A DNA stretch of 63,946 bases, filler included, from Collodictyon triciliatum (Eukaryota), in NCBI GenBank assembly GCA_043381765.1. It is 23 parts of 23 records of this genome, joined end to end, with 100 filler letters (N's around TTAATTAATTAA, not from the genome) between each part and the next. Parts side by side here need not be neighbours in the genome. Positions count along the whole stretch, not along the records: positions 39,040 to 41,719 come from JBHJMP010008452.1; positions 41,820 to 44,499 come from JBHJMP010008453.1; positions 44,600 to 47,275 come from JBHJMP010008454.1; positions 47,376 to 50,055 come from JBHJMP010008455.1; 19 more parts are not named here. The stretch is one strand, 5' to 3'. This document shows, in pieces, positions 39,666 to 50,055 of this stretch. The position numbers were made by a program, and so were the translations under genes. The notes beneath the pieces are model-generated. The model saw only the letters and a program-made list of their open reading frames with translations, was not told the origin of the DNA and searched no databases. Positions within the stretch are counted from its first letter, which is position 1. Each line of letters begins with the position of its first letter.

Positions 39666-41441
39666 TCATTCCAGCTCAGAGGACGATGTGGTGGACGTTG
39701 TGGATGAGGAATGTGTGGACGACTTCTTGGAGCTTGTGTGTCGAATCGTCGATGAGGTTTTTCCTATTTCCCTGGAACGACGCTTCCATTCCTTGAAAAC
39801 CGTCTTTTGAGACGGCTCGTGACCTATAATCTCAGATATAGCCTTTGCGGCTGTCCCTAATCTCTCCCGTGATGTCGTAGCTTGTATAGAGTCGAATATT
39901 TCAAAGAACTTTTCATTCGAAATTGCGCTCAGCAAAGGGGTTCTGCCGCATTTTGGTAGGTTATCTACTGTTTGAAAACGAGCATACTTTTTTACCGTGT
40001 ATTGCACTGCTGAAAGAGTGCACTTTATACGTTTTGCTATTTCTCTGAGGCTTTTACCTCGTGAATGAAGTCGGATTATCAAGTTGCGCTGCTCGTTGGT
40101 TAGCTGTGCCCTTTTGCTATCAGATCTTCGGCTTGTACAATCAAAGCCGGTTTCCTCGAAATCACCGGGGTCACTTTCCTCAGATGAAATGCTTCTCTCT
40201 GATGCGGTCTCTTCTGATTTCTCTTCGGTAGCAGTAGCTCGGCTGCGCTTGGCTCTTTCTTCATCACTAGTACCACGAGTTTCGCTCTGTCGAGAAAACT
40301 TTCCTCCACTCTTTTGGTTCCTCCTTTTGCTGCTCCTTTTTGATTTGTGCCTATGTGTTGTTCTCCTTTTGTACTCACTTTCGTTGCTGCTGGCTTCTTC
40401 TGAGGAATCGAAGCCCTCCATCGTCTCCGTTGAAACATCTTTCTTTGCCATGCCCGACGACGGTGGTATGGAAGCCATAATATCGCCCCGTGGATATAAA
40501 TAATAAGACATTTCCAGTCCAATTAGTTCTGGTATTCTTGCTGCTTGGCCTCCCTCTTGCTCTCTACCTTCACGGGAGAAAGTGGACGCTTCGTACATAT
40601 GCTCGTATATCGTTGGGTTTACAACTGGAATGGCAACATATCTAGTTTGTGAGTAAACTCTATCATCCGCTTGTTTCCAGCTCATTTCATGTGAGCCAGA
40701 AGCCCCACTCACTGGATTCCATAATTGTTGTGGTGAAATTGTAGTCGCGCTTGGTTGTATCATTTGCATGTTCTCGGGTATATCTGGGAATGGGCAGGTG
40801 TATGTTTGTTGAGGGAATGCTGCCTGGTAAGCACTATTTGCGATGGATGCTACACTGCCATGTGAGTGGACGTTATAGGATGTATTTTTCTGTTGGTTTG
40901 GGGATATCTCAGGGTTGGCGCTACGCTCTGCTGTGTCATATTCCTCATGATAGTTGCTGAAGTTGACATCCGTATGTTTGTCCGTTGAATTTGTAGTGGA
41001 GGCACAACCTTGTTTTTCAGAACGGGTGCGATGGATTGCCATAGGGGATATGGAATCTATGGGTCTTGGGATTGTGAATGCGATTTGATGGTGTGATAAT
41101 GGCGGAACCACAAACCGATGAGCTGCTCTCTCGTCTCTTTGTCTTGTGAATTCATGAATATTATGGCTTGGTGCGGCTACAGATCCATATGCCTGCGTTT
41201 GAGGTGAGTGTACACAGCCTGGCAAGGAACTAAAAGGCTGAAATACGTCATCATTGTCTAGCTCTTTTTCATTTTCGTTCGTGTTGTCCATTGAGTAAGC
41301 TCCGAAGCCCTCTTCGATTGGCAGGTTTAATTCTATTTGGATACAAGGCACCACTGGCAGCAAGTTCGCACTAAATTGAGGATGAAGAGGTGGGGTCAAC
41401 AACAAACTTGGAGAAGCGACACTTTTGTAGGTATTGTGCAT
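39666..41441 (-). CDS. Intronless protein with C-terminal bipartite Tc1/IS630-type (paired-like) HTH DNA-binding domain and no DDE domain
   Basis: LTNEQRNLIIRLHSRGKSLREIAKRIKCTLSAVQYTVKKY...LPKCGRTPLLS...AAKAISEIIGHEPSQKTVFKEWKRR, preceded by ~430 aa of low-complexity sequence including a basic NLS-like tract. Confidence 0.8.
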   Translation of the reverse strand: MHNTYKSVASPSLLLTPPLHPQFSANLLPVVPCIQIELNLPIEEGFGAYSMDNTNENEKELDNDDVFQPFSSLPGCVHSPQTQAYGSVAAPSHNIHEFTRQRDERAAHRFVVPPLSHHQIAFTIPRPIDSISPMAIHRTRSEKQGCASTTNSTDKHTDVNFSNYHEEYDTAERSANPEISPNQQKNTSYNVHSHGSVASIANSAYQAAFPQQTYTCPFPDIPENMQMIQPSATTISPQQLWNPVSGASGSHEMSWKQADDRVYSQTRYVAIPVVNPTIYEHMYEASTFSREGREQEGGQAARIPELIGLEMSYYLYPRGDIMASIPPSSGMAKKDVSTETMEGFDSSEEASSNESEYKRRTTHRHKSKRSSKRRNQKSGGKFSRQSETRGTSDEERAKRSRATATEEKSEETASERSISSEESDPGDFEETGFDCTSRRSDSKRAQLTNEQRNLIIRLHSRGKSLREIAKRIKCTLSAVQYTVKKYARFQTVDNLPKCGRTPLLSAISNEKFFEIFDSIQATTSRERLGTAAKAISEIIGHEPSQKTVFKEWKRRSREIGKTSSTIRHTSSKKSSTHSSSTTSTTSSSELE

Positions 41442-42177
41442 TCGCTTCTATTTGCAGTTGTCCTTCGATGTCGAAGCAATCTAAACGGATTATTCAGAAA
41501 TAGTGATGTGAAATATGCAAATGAATTTTCTGTTTTTGGTTCTTTTTTGTTTTTTTTGTTTTTCTTAATATTTTTTCTTTGAGTTTTTTCATCGAGTTTT
41601 TTTTTACTTTTTTTACTTTTTTTTACTTTTTTTTACTTTTTTTTTACTTTTTTCTTTTTCTTTTTCTTTTTCTTTTTCTTTTTCTTTTTCTTTTTCTTTT
41701 TCTTTTTCTTTTTCTTTTTNNNNNNNNNNNNNNNNNNNNNNNNNNNNNNNNNNNNNNNNNNNNTTAATTAATTAANNNNNNNNNNNNNNNNNNNNNNNNN
41801 NNNNNNNNNNNNNNNNNNNAGGAATAGGAATAGGAATAGGAATAGGAATAGGAATAGGAATAGGAATAGGAATAGGAATAGGAATAGGAATAGGAATAGG
41901 AATAGGAATAGGAATAGGAATAGTAAATGTAAATATAAATAGATAAATTCGTAAAAAAAAAAAGAGTAAAAAACCAAACTGAATAAAAATGTACATTAAA
42001 GAGACCTCACGAATTTTCTTTCGAAAAGCCTGAATTTGCAAAAGACTACGAGTTTACTGGTCATTGTAATGGTGAAGAATATAATATTACAAGAAAAGCG
42101 AGCTAATGATAAATTTATGACCTATTGTTAGACTTTTCCATATATACAATATTCTTATAATGGTGAATGCAATTTTA

Positions 42178-44229
42178 TTATATTTTTTTCACATCTTGGA
42201 CGAGCCACTGTTCTGTTATGAATAAAGCACGCGAGTTATCTTTCATATAACTCCAAAGAAATCTGAAAAGAAATATTGCAACAGAAAACATGGAGCCTGA
42301 AAATGAGTTCCTAGCAGACAGTAAATTAACCATTTTATATTGAACAATCACATCACGCTGAAAGATTTGGCTCCATTGTAATTTACACGAACAAGCGGAA
42401 CCCAGTGCGATAAATACACCCATCCAAGCAAACTTACTCAATTTTCTTTGTCCTGGGGGATATGAGTCCATAAATAAGAACCAATTCATGCACATCAAAA
42501 GGTATATCCATCCAAACATTCTTTCGTCCCATTCGCACAATAGCCCATACGACAAGGTTCCTTGTAAGAGCAGCCATTGGATGTAAAGGAGCTCAAAAGA
42601 AGAGCATATCTTTTTAAAAATCATTATGTTAGTGGTAAGCAGCATTTGCAGAAGCATAAATATCATGCTGACGGATGTAATACAGTTCGTCAGAATTTTA
42701 GCTGCAGTATTATTGGTGATTCCAAGCGTAACAAGAAATTGCAAAATAGCAGACAAAAATCCAAACAAGCCTCCACAGGTTCGGTAATATTTTGATTTGA
42801 AAATTTTTGACAGTGCGCCATACTTTCCGTCTACTAGCATGTAATACAACGTATCTTTGATATTTATCAGTACCTTCGCTTTTTTCAAGGTGCCGACATG
42901 TACCTCCGTAGCCTTCTCTTTTACTTTTTGAAGACTATTGAAATGATTTCTTTGTGTTGAATTGTGTTTAGCACTCTGAATATCGTCATTTACTGATACA
43001 CGTTGGATAGAGTTTCCTTCATCGACTAACTCTGCATTGCATTCTTCTGAATCACTATCTTCACCATGAAATTCTTGATCATCGTTTTTGGCTATCGATA
43101 TTTCAAAAGTAGAGTAATTCGACAAAAACGCTAAAATATCAGGTCTCTTTAAAAGAAAGTGATATCGAATTAGCCTCAAAAAATATATTATAATTACAAT
43201 TAAACTGTCAGAGACTTGACTCGTCATATCAACAAGCTCTATAGTACCATCGTTGACAACCCATTTGGTCGAGTGCATGTTTACTGCAGATACTTTAATC
43301 ATAACATACATGGGCATCAAAGTGATTATTCCTAAAACAATTGAGTAGGATAGACTTTTTTTTGAAGATATTGGATATGCATCATAGATCAAAAATATTA
43401 TGCATGTCAGGAAACTGTGGCCTACGGCGATAATGGCGGAAGGTTTAAAATTCCATAAAAACAACAGAGAAATATTGAATAAAAAAACATGACAAGCGGT
43501 GTAGATAAAACTGAATGAAGTCATTAATTTTTTCATAATCCAATAATTGACATATGCGAAGTACGTAATAATCATGTAAGCAGAGTATAGGAACTGCAGA
43601 ATAATATACCAATGAATTGGAATGACGGACATACCCAAAAATACAGTAAATCCTATTATGTAACATATAATCCAAAGAGCGATTCTAACGTAAATCAAAC
43701 CAGGCGCTTTGACAAAGTACTTGAATAAAAAGTTACTGACAGCAGCCGGTAGCATGACGTGGAGAACAGTGTCTTTCTTTGATATTTTTGTGAACTTTCT
43801 TTTTGTAACTATATAACTTTTTTTTGATTCACTGCTGCTTCCACTTGCAATTGGTATTACTTGATCTTTTCTGTCAACTAAATCTTTAGGTTGGACAGGA
43901 CAACCATTCAGGCGTAGTTCATCGGCTCGGTCTGAAGAAAGCACTTTGGAATGGTTACATTCTGCCTCATCATGGTGCATGTGCTCGATATTTTGTTGAA
44001 GATCATTTAATTCGCATGACGAGCCATTGAGTGAGCCCATACTTGATTTTAATTTTGGAGGGATATCACTCCTTAGTCGAGCTGATTCTTTACCCTTCAT
44101 CTCAGCCATATGGATGTACCCAGGTATCACCTGATCGTAGGCACATAAGTCATCCTCTCGATGCATCTGCGGACCCGGGTTAACCTTGTAAATATTGAAC
44201 TTTCTATAATGAATTAATAAATGCAACAT
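42178..44229 (-). CDS. Intronless polytopic membrane protein with two internally duplicated multi-TM halves
   Basis: 683-aa ORF. Repeats: KDTVLH...IMKKLMTSFSFIY...LIYDAYP and KDTLYY...IFKKICSSFELLY...LFMDSYP. Confidence 0.75.
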   Translation of the reverse strand: MLHLLIHYRKFNIYKVNPGPQMHREDDLCAYDQVIPGYIHMAEMKGKESARLRSDIPPKLKSSMGSLNGSSCELNDLQQNIEHMHHDEAECNHSKVLSSDRADELRLNGCPVQPKDLVDRKDQVIPIASGSSSESKKSYIVTKRKFTKISKKDTVLHVMLPAAVSNFLFKYFVKAPGLIYVRIALWIICYIIGFTVFLGMSVIPIHWYIILQFLYSAYMIITYFAYVNYWIMKKLMTSFSFIYTACHVFLFNISLLFLWNFKPSAIIAVGHSFLTCIIFLIYDAYPISSKKSLSYSIVLGIITLMPMYVMIKVSAVNMHSTKWVVNDGTIELVDMTSQVSDSLIVIIIYFLRLIRYHFLLKRPDILAFLSNYSTFEISIAKNDDQEFHGEDSDSEECNAELVDEGNSIQRVSVNDDIQSAKHNSTQRNHFNSLQKVKEKATEVHVGTLKKAKVLINIKDTLYYMLVDGKYGALSKIFKSKYYRTCGGLFGFLSAILQFLVTLGITNNTAAKILTNCITSVSMIFMLLQMLLTTNIMIFKKICSSFELLYIQWLLLQGTLSYGLLCEWDERMFGWIYLLMCMNWFLFMDSYPPGQRKLSKFAWMGVFIALGSACSCKLQWSQIFQRDVIVQYKMVNLLSARNSFSGSMFSVAIFLFRFLWSYMKDNSRALFITEQWLVQDVKKI

Positions 44230-44403
44230 AGCCTATGTGGGTGGTTCTTTCTTATTCAGGTACGGGCATGAACGACCCAAACATCATCAACTCGAAAAGA
44301 AATTGAGTTTTATGAGGAATTATTGAGCTCTGTAATAATTATTAGCGTTTGGCTTAGGTAGTTGTGTGCCTATTACCACCACCACTGCCACTACTACTAC
44401 TAT

Positions 44404-44499
<96 letters not shown>

Positions 44500-45021
44500 N
44501 NNNNNNNNNNNNNNNNNNNNNNNNNNNNNNNNNNNNNNNNNNNTTAATTAATTAANNNNNNNNNNNNNNNNNNNNNNNNNNNNNNNNNNNNNNNNNNNNG
44601 TTTGTGTCCGCTGTGGGGCGGCGTTGGGTGCGGCTTTGCCTGTGAGTGTGCCTGCCGAGTTGGAGGGCACGTTTGGGTCTTTGTCCGCAGTGGAAGGGAG
44701 CCTCTTGTGGAGTCTTTGGGGTTGGTGGGGGTTTTGCCAAATTTAGTTTTCTTATTACAAATTTTAGTCGCGCAGAGAAATCCAAAGCAAAAATCGTAGG
44801 AAAAATGCTGGGCAGAGTGAAGGGGAAAAAAAGGGGCTAGTGTCTTGGATATCTGAATAAGCGGGTTTGTGACTGTCTCCAAAGTGAATATAGCCTGTAA
44901 TATATATAAATATATATATTGTTTTCTAATACTGCAACCCAATCCATCTCTTCCATCACACCACCAATTCTTCATCGATTTTCATCATTATTTGTAACGG
45001 CCTTTGAACTGAGGGAAATAT

Positions 45022-47275
45022 TGCAGCTGCACATAATAAAATGTGTCTATGGAAGGTATATTAATCCTATGGAACATTCACATTATCATTAACATTAATT
45101 TTCACATAGAAAAAAACAAAAGCACCAGAACATCGCATTGTATCAGTTGAAGAGAAAAGCACATTGTGCGCATTAAATGGCCCACATATCGACTTTACCC
45201 AAAAAGATATCTGATGGAAAGGGATGCAGTCCGTGACCTAAAAAACCAGTAAATCAAAGCACTTTGATACATTTCACTGCTTATTGTTGCTCTTGAAAGC
45301 ACAGCAGGCACATATCGCTATTGGAATCCAAAGTCTAGTTTACTAGCTTGTTACTTCTTCCTTCTTTTCTTTTCTTCAATAGTTTATTGATCAAACACAT
45401 CGCCAAAGATGAATACTGTTTTATTTGAATGTATGTTTTTTTTTAAAAGGCTGATATTTGATGCGGGGTTATTTGACGCGCACCACCTTTCGAGTATCTT
45501 CACTGACTCATTATAGCGGCTTACAAAACCCAATACAAAGCAAAGGTTTATGCTATAATATTAATTTTTTTACTTTTTCAAAAGGAATACATGATATTAT
45601 TGGATATTCTGTAAAAATAATAATTTATTAGATCACTGTTAAGAATTTTTTTTAAGTTACTGGTCTCACACTGTCGCTAAGGTCAATGTGGCTTATTGAT
45701 TTTTTTCCTTATATATCTTGTCTAAAGAAAGGGTTTTATTATGATCCTACAGCCCGCCCTAGTTTTTGCGCCTTGGTTGAAAGCACGAACGCGTTTTGGA
45801 TTCACATGCAGGTCGGTGTAGTATAGAAACAAAACTCATGACTCATCTGAATATATCTATTGTGGGTCGAGCTTCTACATACAATCCTTAAAAGCTGTAA
45901 CTACCAAAGGCCCTGATTTGGATTCAATCGGAGGCCTAACTTCCGGCAAAGTCCAAGTGTCGCGACTGATTTAAATCAGACGATAAATGCGTAACCAGTA
46001 GACGCAACATGTGAAAGTCGCTAATTTTATTTAAAAAAAAAGAACTTTCCATTTGGATATAATGCTGTACTTGATTATTTTTTTTTGTTCGATTAAATGC
46101 CTTTTGCCCGTGATAAATATATGTATATGAACTATGCTGACGCACTACAACTCAGTTCCTGAGTAAACTCGTTCCACCATTTGATGCAAAGCTCTGTTTA
46201 AATGCATCGTTCAAAGAATCCATCGCGCTCGATTAACTTATTTTTCCACGAAGCCGAAGTCAAAGCCAATTTACTTTGCTTCTAAACCCATCTTACTGGG
46301 TCATTCTTTGCCATTTTTTATTTTGTTTATTTTTCTTTGCGTGTGAGATGAAGTTCCTGTCTCCAAGGTGTCAGCCTTCTTTTGCACTAACGCTACCTGG
46401 TGGCCGGGTGGCGGAGAAGTAGTCGATAATCAGGAGTTGCATCCTGCGGTTTGGCCTGTAGCCTGGGTCTTGTGCTTGCATGAGAAATACAAGGCGAGGT
46501 TGAATCTCTTAGCTTCTTTCCACATGTCTCTTCTCACAGGGTCTGATTAATAGAGAACGTGCAGGTGGCGAAGGAAGCTGTTGAGGAAAGAGATTTGTAT
46601 GATGTCACTCAGTCTGTTATCAGGAATGGGTGGCTGGTTGTTGAGTCTTGCTTTGCGTGAGTATATGCGCGCTATCCACACAGTCCATAGCAAATGGCCT
46701 CACTTCGCTGCCCAGAATGTTTTTTCGTCTGGAAGCAGCTGTTGCAGAGGCCCAAATATCGCCTGGATTGAGCCAACAGCCGCAGCCGTCTTGAGTGTCA
46801 GTCGAAGAATCTCACAGGCTGTTTCGCGCAGGTTTTGAGCGACGGGACATTGCACAAATGTGTGCTCAATGGATTTATCACTGTTGCTGCTCATATGCAT
46901 TGTTGGGAGACTTTGCCAGCTTTTGTCGCGCGTGTGCCTATCCATAGCTCGCTATTGATGAGATGACATAAAGCAGCCGAAAACATTGCCAAAGCAAAAT
47001 AAATGCAAACCATACCATAACAAAAAAAAAGCAAATGATTCACTCTGTGTGATTTCGACCATATTATTTTGTTTTCTCTTGAATGCGACATGTGAAAAAA
47101 ATTATGAACGAGCATGGTTCGTATGTTATGCCACCCCGCCTAGTGGTGTATATCCAAAACATTATGTCTTATGGTATATGTCCAGTGATAGGTAGCATTC
47201 AGTGGCATCCATTCAGTCGTGTGCTCCATCAAGACGGATTGAACACAGTTCTGTTATATTCATAAATCTAAAGCT
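45022..47275 (-). repeat. Composite dispersed repeat, copy A (>=2.2 kb; includes a LINE zf-RVT fragment at ~46315-46975)
   Basis: The reverse complement aligns colinearly, with many substitutions and small indels, to 47820-50055. Confidence 0.92.
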
Positions 47276-47819
47276 NNNNNNNNNNNNNNNNNNNNNNNNN
47301 NNNNNNNNNNNNNNNNNNNTTAATTAATTAANNNNNNNNNNNNNNNNNNNNNNNNNNNNNNNNNNNNNNNNNNNNATTTAGTTATTAAGCTATTCGTCAT
47401 CATAAACTTCAACATCTGCATTAGTCAAGAAAAAAATTAAAAAAATCCTTCAAAATTAGCGTGTGTAAATTTATGTGCCCACAGGTAAAAACGTTTTCTA
47501 CGGATTTACTTTCTCGATATAACACTGTAGAAAAACATCAAATAAAATCGCGCATTAATATATATTGGTAGACAAATGGGCGGATTATAGCGTCAAACAA
47601 ATATGAGCTCTATGACCTAAAAACAAGAGTTAAAAAGAAATACAAGTGATTAGCGAAGAAGCGAAGCATATCAGACGTGTTTTTTGGGGGAGTGCAAAAC
47701 AAAGGCAGAGTCAAATATTCTTATTTTTTGCTTTATTGTTATTTGCCCAGTCGCGTTGCACACAAAGATTTATGATACAAAAAAGTAGAAAGTAAAAACA
47801 TATGGTATGTGTTTCCAGA

Positions 47820-50055
47820 AGCTTTAGATTTATGAATATAATATAACTGTGTTCAATCCGTCTTGATGGAGCACACGACTGAATGGACGTTACTGAATGC
47901 TACCTATCACCGGACACATACCATAAAACATAATGTTGTTTTGGATATGCACCACTAGGCGAGATGGCATAACATACGACTCATACTCGTTCATTATTTT
48001 TTTCACTTGCCGCAGTCATTAGAAAACAAAATATTATATGGTCGATATCATACAGAGTGAATCATTTGCTTTTTTTATATTTTTTATGTTCTGGTTTGCA
48101 TTTATTTTGTTTTGGCAGTGTTTTTGGCTGCTTAATATCACCAATAGGGAGCTATGGATAGGCACACGCGCGACAAAAGCTGGCAAAGTCTCCCAACAAT
48201 GCACACTTTGCAGCAACGGTGATGAATCCATTGAGCACACATCTGTGCAATGTCCCTTCGCTCAAAACCTGCGCGAAACAGCCAGCGAGATTATTCGACT
48301 AACAATCAAGACGGCTGCGGCTGTTGGTCTAATCCAGGCGATATTTGGGCCTCTGCAACAGCTGCGTTCAGATGCAAAAACATTCGGGGCAGTGACGCGA
48401 GGCCATTTGCTAAGGCCTACGTGGATAGCATGCATGTAGTCACGTAAGGCAAGACTCAACAACCAGCCACCCATTCCTGATAATAGGCTGGATGGCATCA
48501 TACAAATCTCTTTCCTCAACAACTTCCTTCGCCACCTGCACGTTCTCTCCTACTCAGACCCTGTGAGAAGAGACACGTGGAAAGAAGCTGAGAAAGAGAT
48601 TAAACCCCGCCATGTCTCTCTCATGCAAGCACAAGACCCAGAACACAGGCCAAACCGCAGGATGCAACTCCTGATTACCGACTACTTCTCCGCCACTCGG
48701 CCACCAAGTAGCGTCCATGCAAAAGAAGGTTGGAACATTGGAGACAGGAACTTCATCTCCACACGCAAAGAAAAATAAACAAAATAAAAAATGGCCCAGT
48801 AAGATGGGTTTAGAAGCAAAGTAAATTGGCTTCGACTTCGGCTTCGTGGATCAAATAAATATACGAACGCGATGGATTTTTTGAACGATGCACTTAAACA
48901 GAGCATCGCAACAAATGGTGGAATGAGTTTACTCAGGAAATTGGTCGTAGTGCGTCAGCATAGTTCAGATACATATATTTATCACGGGCAGAAGGCATTC
49001 AATCAAACAATACAAAAAAAAATACAGCATTATATCCAAATTGAAAGTCCTTTTTTTTTAAATAAAATTAGCGACTCTCACATGTTGCGTCTACTAGTTA
49101 CCCATTCATTGTCTGATTAAAATCAGTCGCGTCACTTAGTTCTTGCCGGAAGCTAGGCCTCGGATTGAATCCAAGTCAGGGCCTTTGGTAGTTACAGCTT
49201 TTAAGATTGTATGAAGCTCGACCCACAATAGATATATATTTAGATGAGTCATGAATTTGGTTTCTATACTACAACAACCTGCATATGAATCCAAAACGCG
49301 TTCGAGCTTTCAACCAAGGCGCAACAACTAGGGCGGGCTGTATGATAATAATAAAACCCTTTCTTTAGACAAAATATATAAGGAAAAAATCAAAGAGCCA
49401 CATTGACCTCAACGAGTGTGTGAGATCAGTAACTTAAAAAAAGAATTTTTTTAGCAGTAATCTAATAAGTCATTATTTTTACAGAATATCCAATAATATC
49501 ATATGTTCCTTTTGAAAACTAAAAAAAGTAATATTATAGCATAAACCTTTGCTTTGTGTTGGGTTTTGTAAGCCATTATAATGAGTTAACAAAGATACTC
49601 GAAAGGTGGTGCGCGTCACTTAACCCCGCATCAAATATCAGCCTTTTCAAAAAAAAAAAGATTCAAATAGAACGGTATTCATCTTTGGCGATGTGTTTGA
49701 TCAATAAACTATTCAAGAAAAGAAAGAGAAGGAAGAAGTATCAAGCTAGCAAACTAGACTTTGGATTCCAATAGCATATGTGCCAGCAGTGCTTTCAAGA
49801 GCAACAACAATCAGCAGTGAAATGTTTCAAAGTGCTTTGATTTACTGGTTTTTTAGATCACGGACTGCATCCCTTTCCATCAGATATCTGAATGGATAAG
49901 GTCGATATGTGGCCATTTGATGCGCACAATGCGCTTTTCTCTTCGACTAATACAATGCGATACTCTGGTGCTTTTGTTTTTTGCTATGTGAAAATTAATG
50001 TTAATGTTAATGCGAGTATTCTTTCCATAGGTTCGCATTTTATTATGTGCAGTTG
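47820..50055 (+). repeat. Composite dispersed repeat, copy B (includes a LINE zf-RVT fragment at ~48128-48790)
   Basis: Runs from AGCTTTAGATTTATGAATATAA to CATTTTATTATGTGCAG(C/T)TG in both copies. The embedded CTLCSNGDESIEHTSVQC has an in-frame TAG downstream. Confidence 0.92.

Noticed and set aside
45022..50055. Giant inverted repeat or foldback element centred near 47.3-47.8 kb
   Set aside because: The two arms are on different contigs separated by a linker, so adjacency and orientation are arbitrary.
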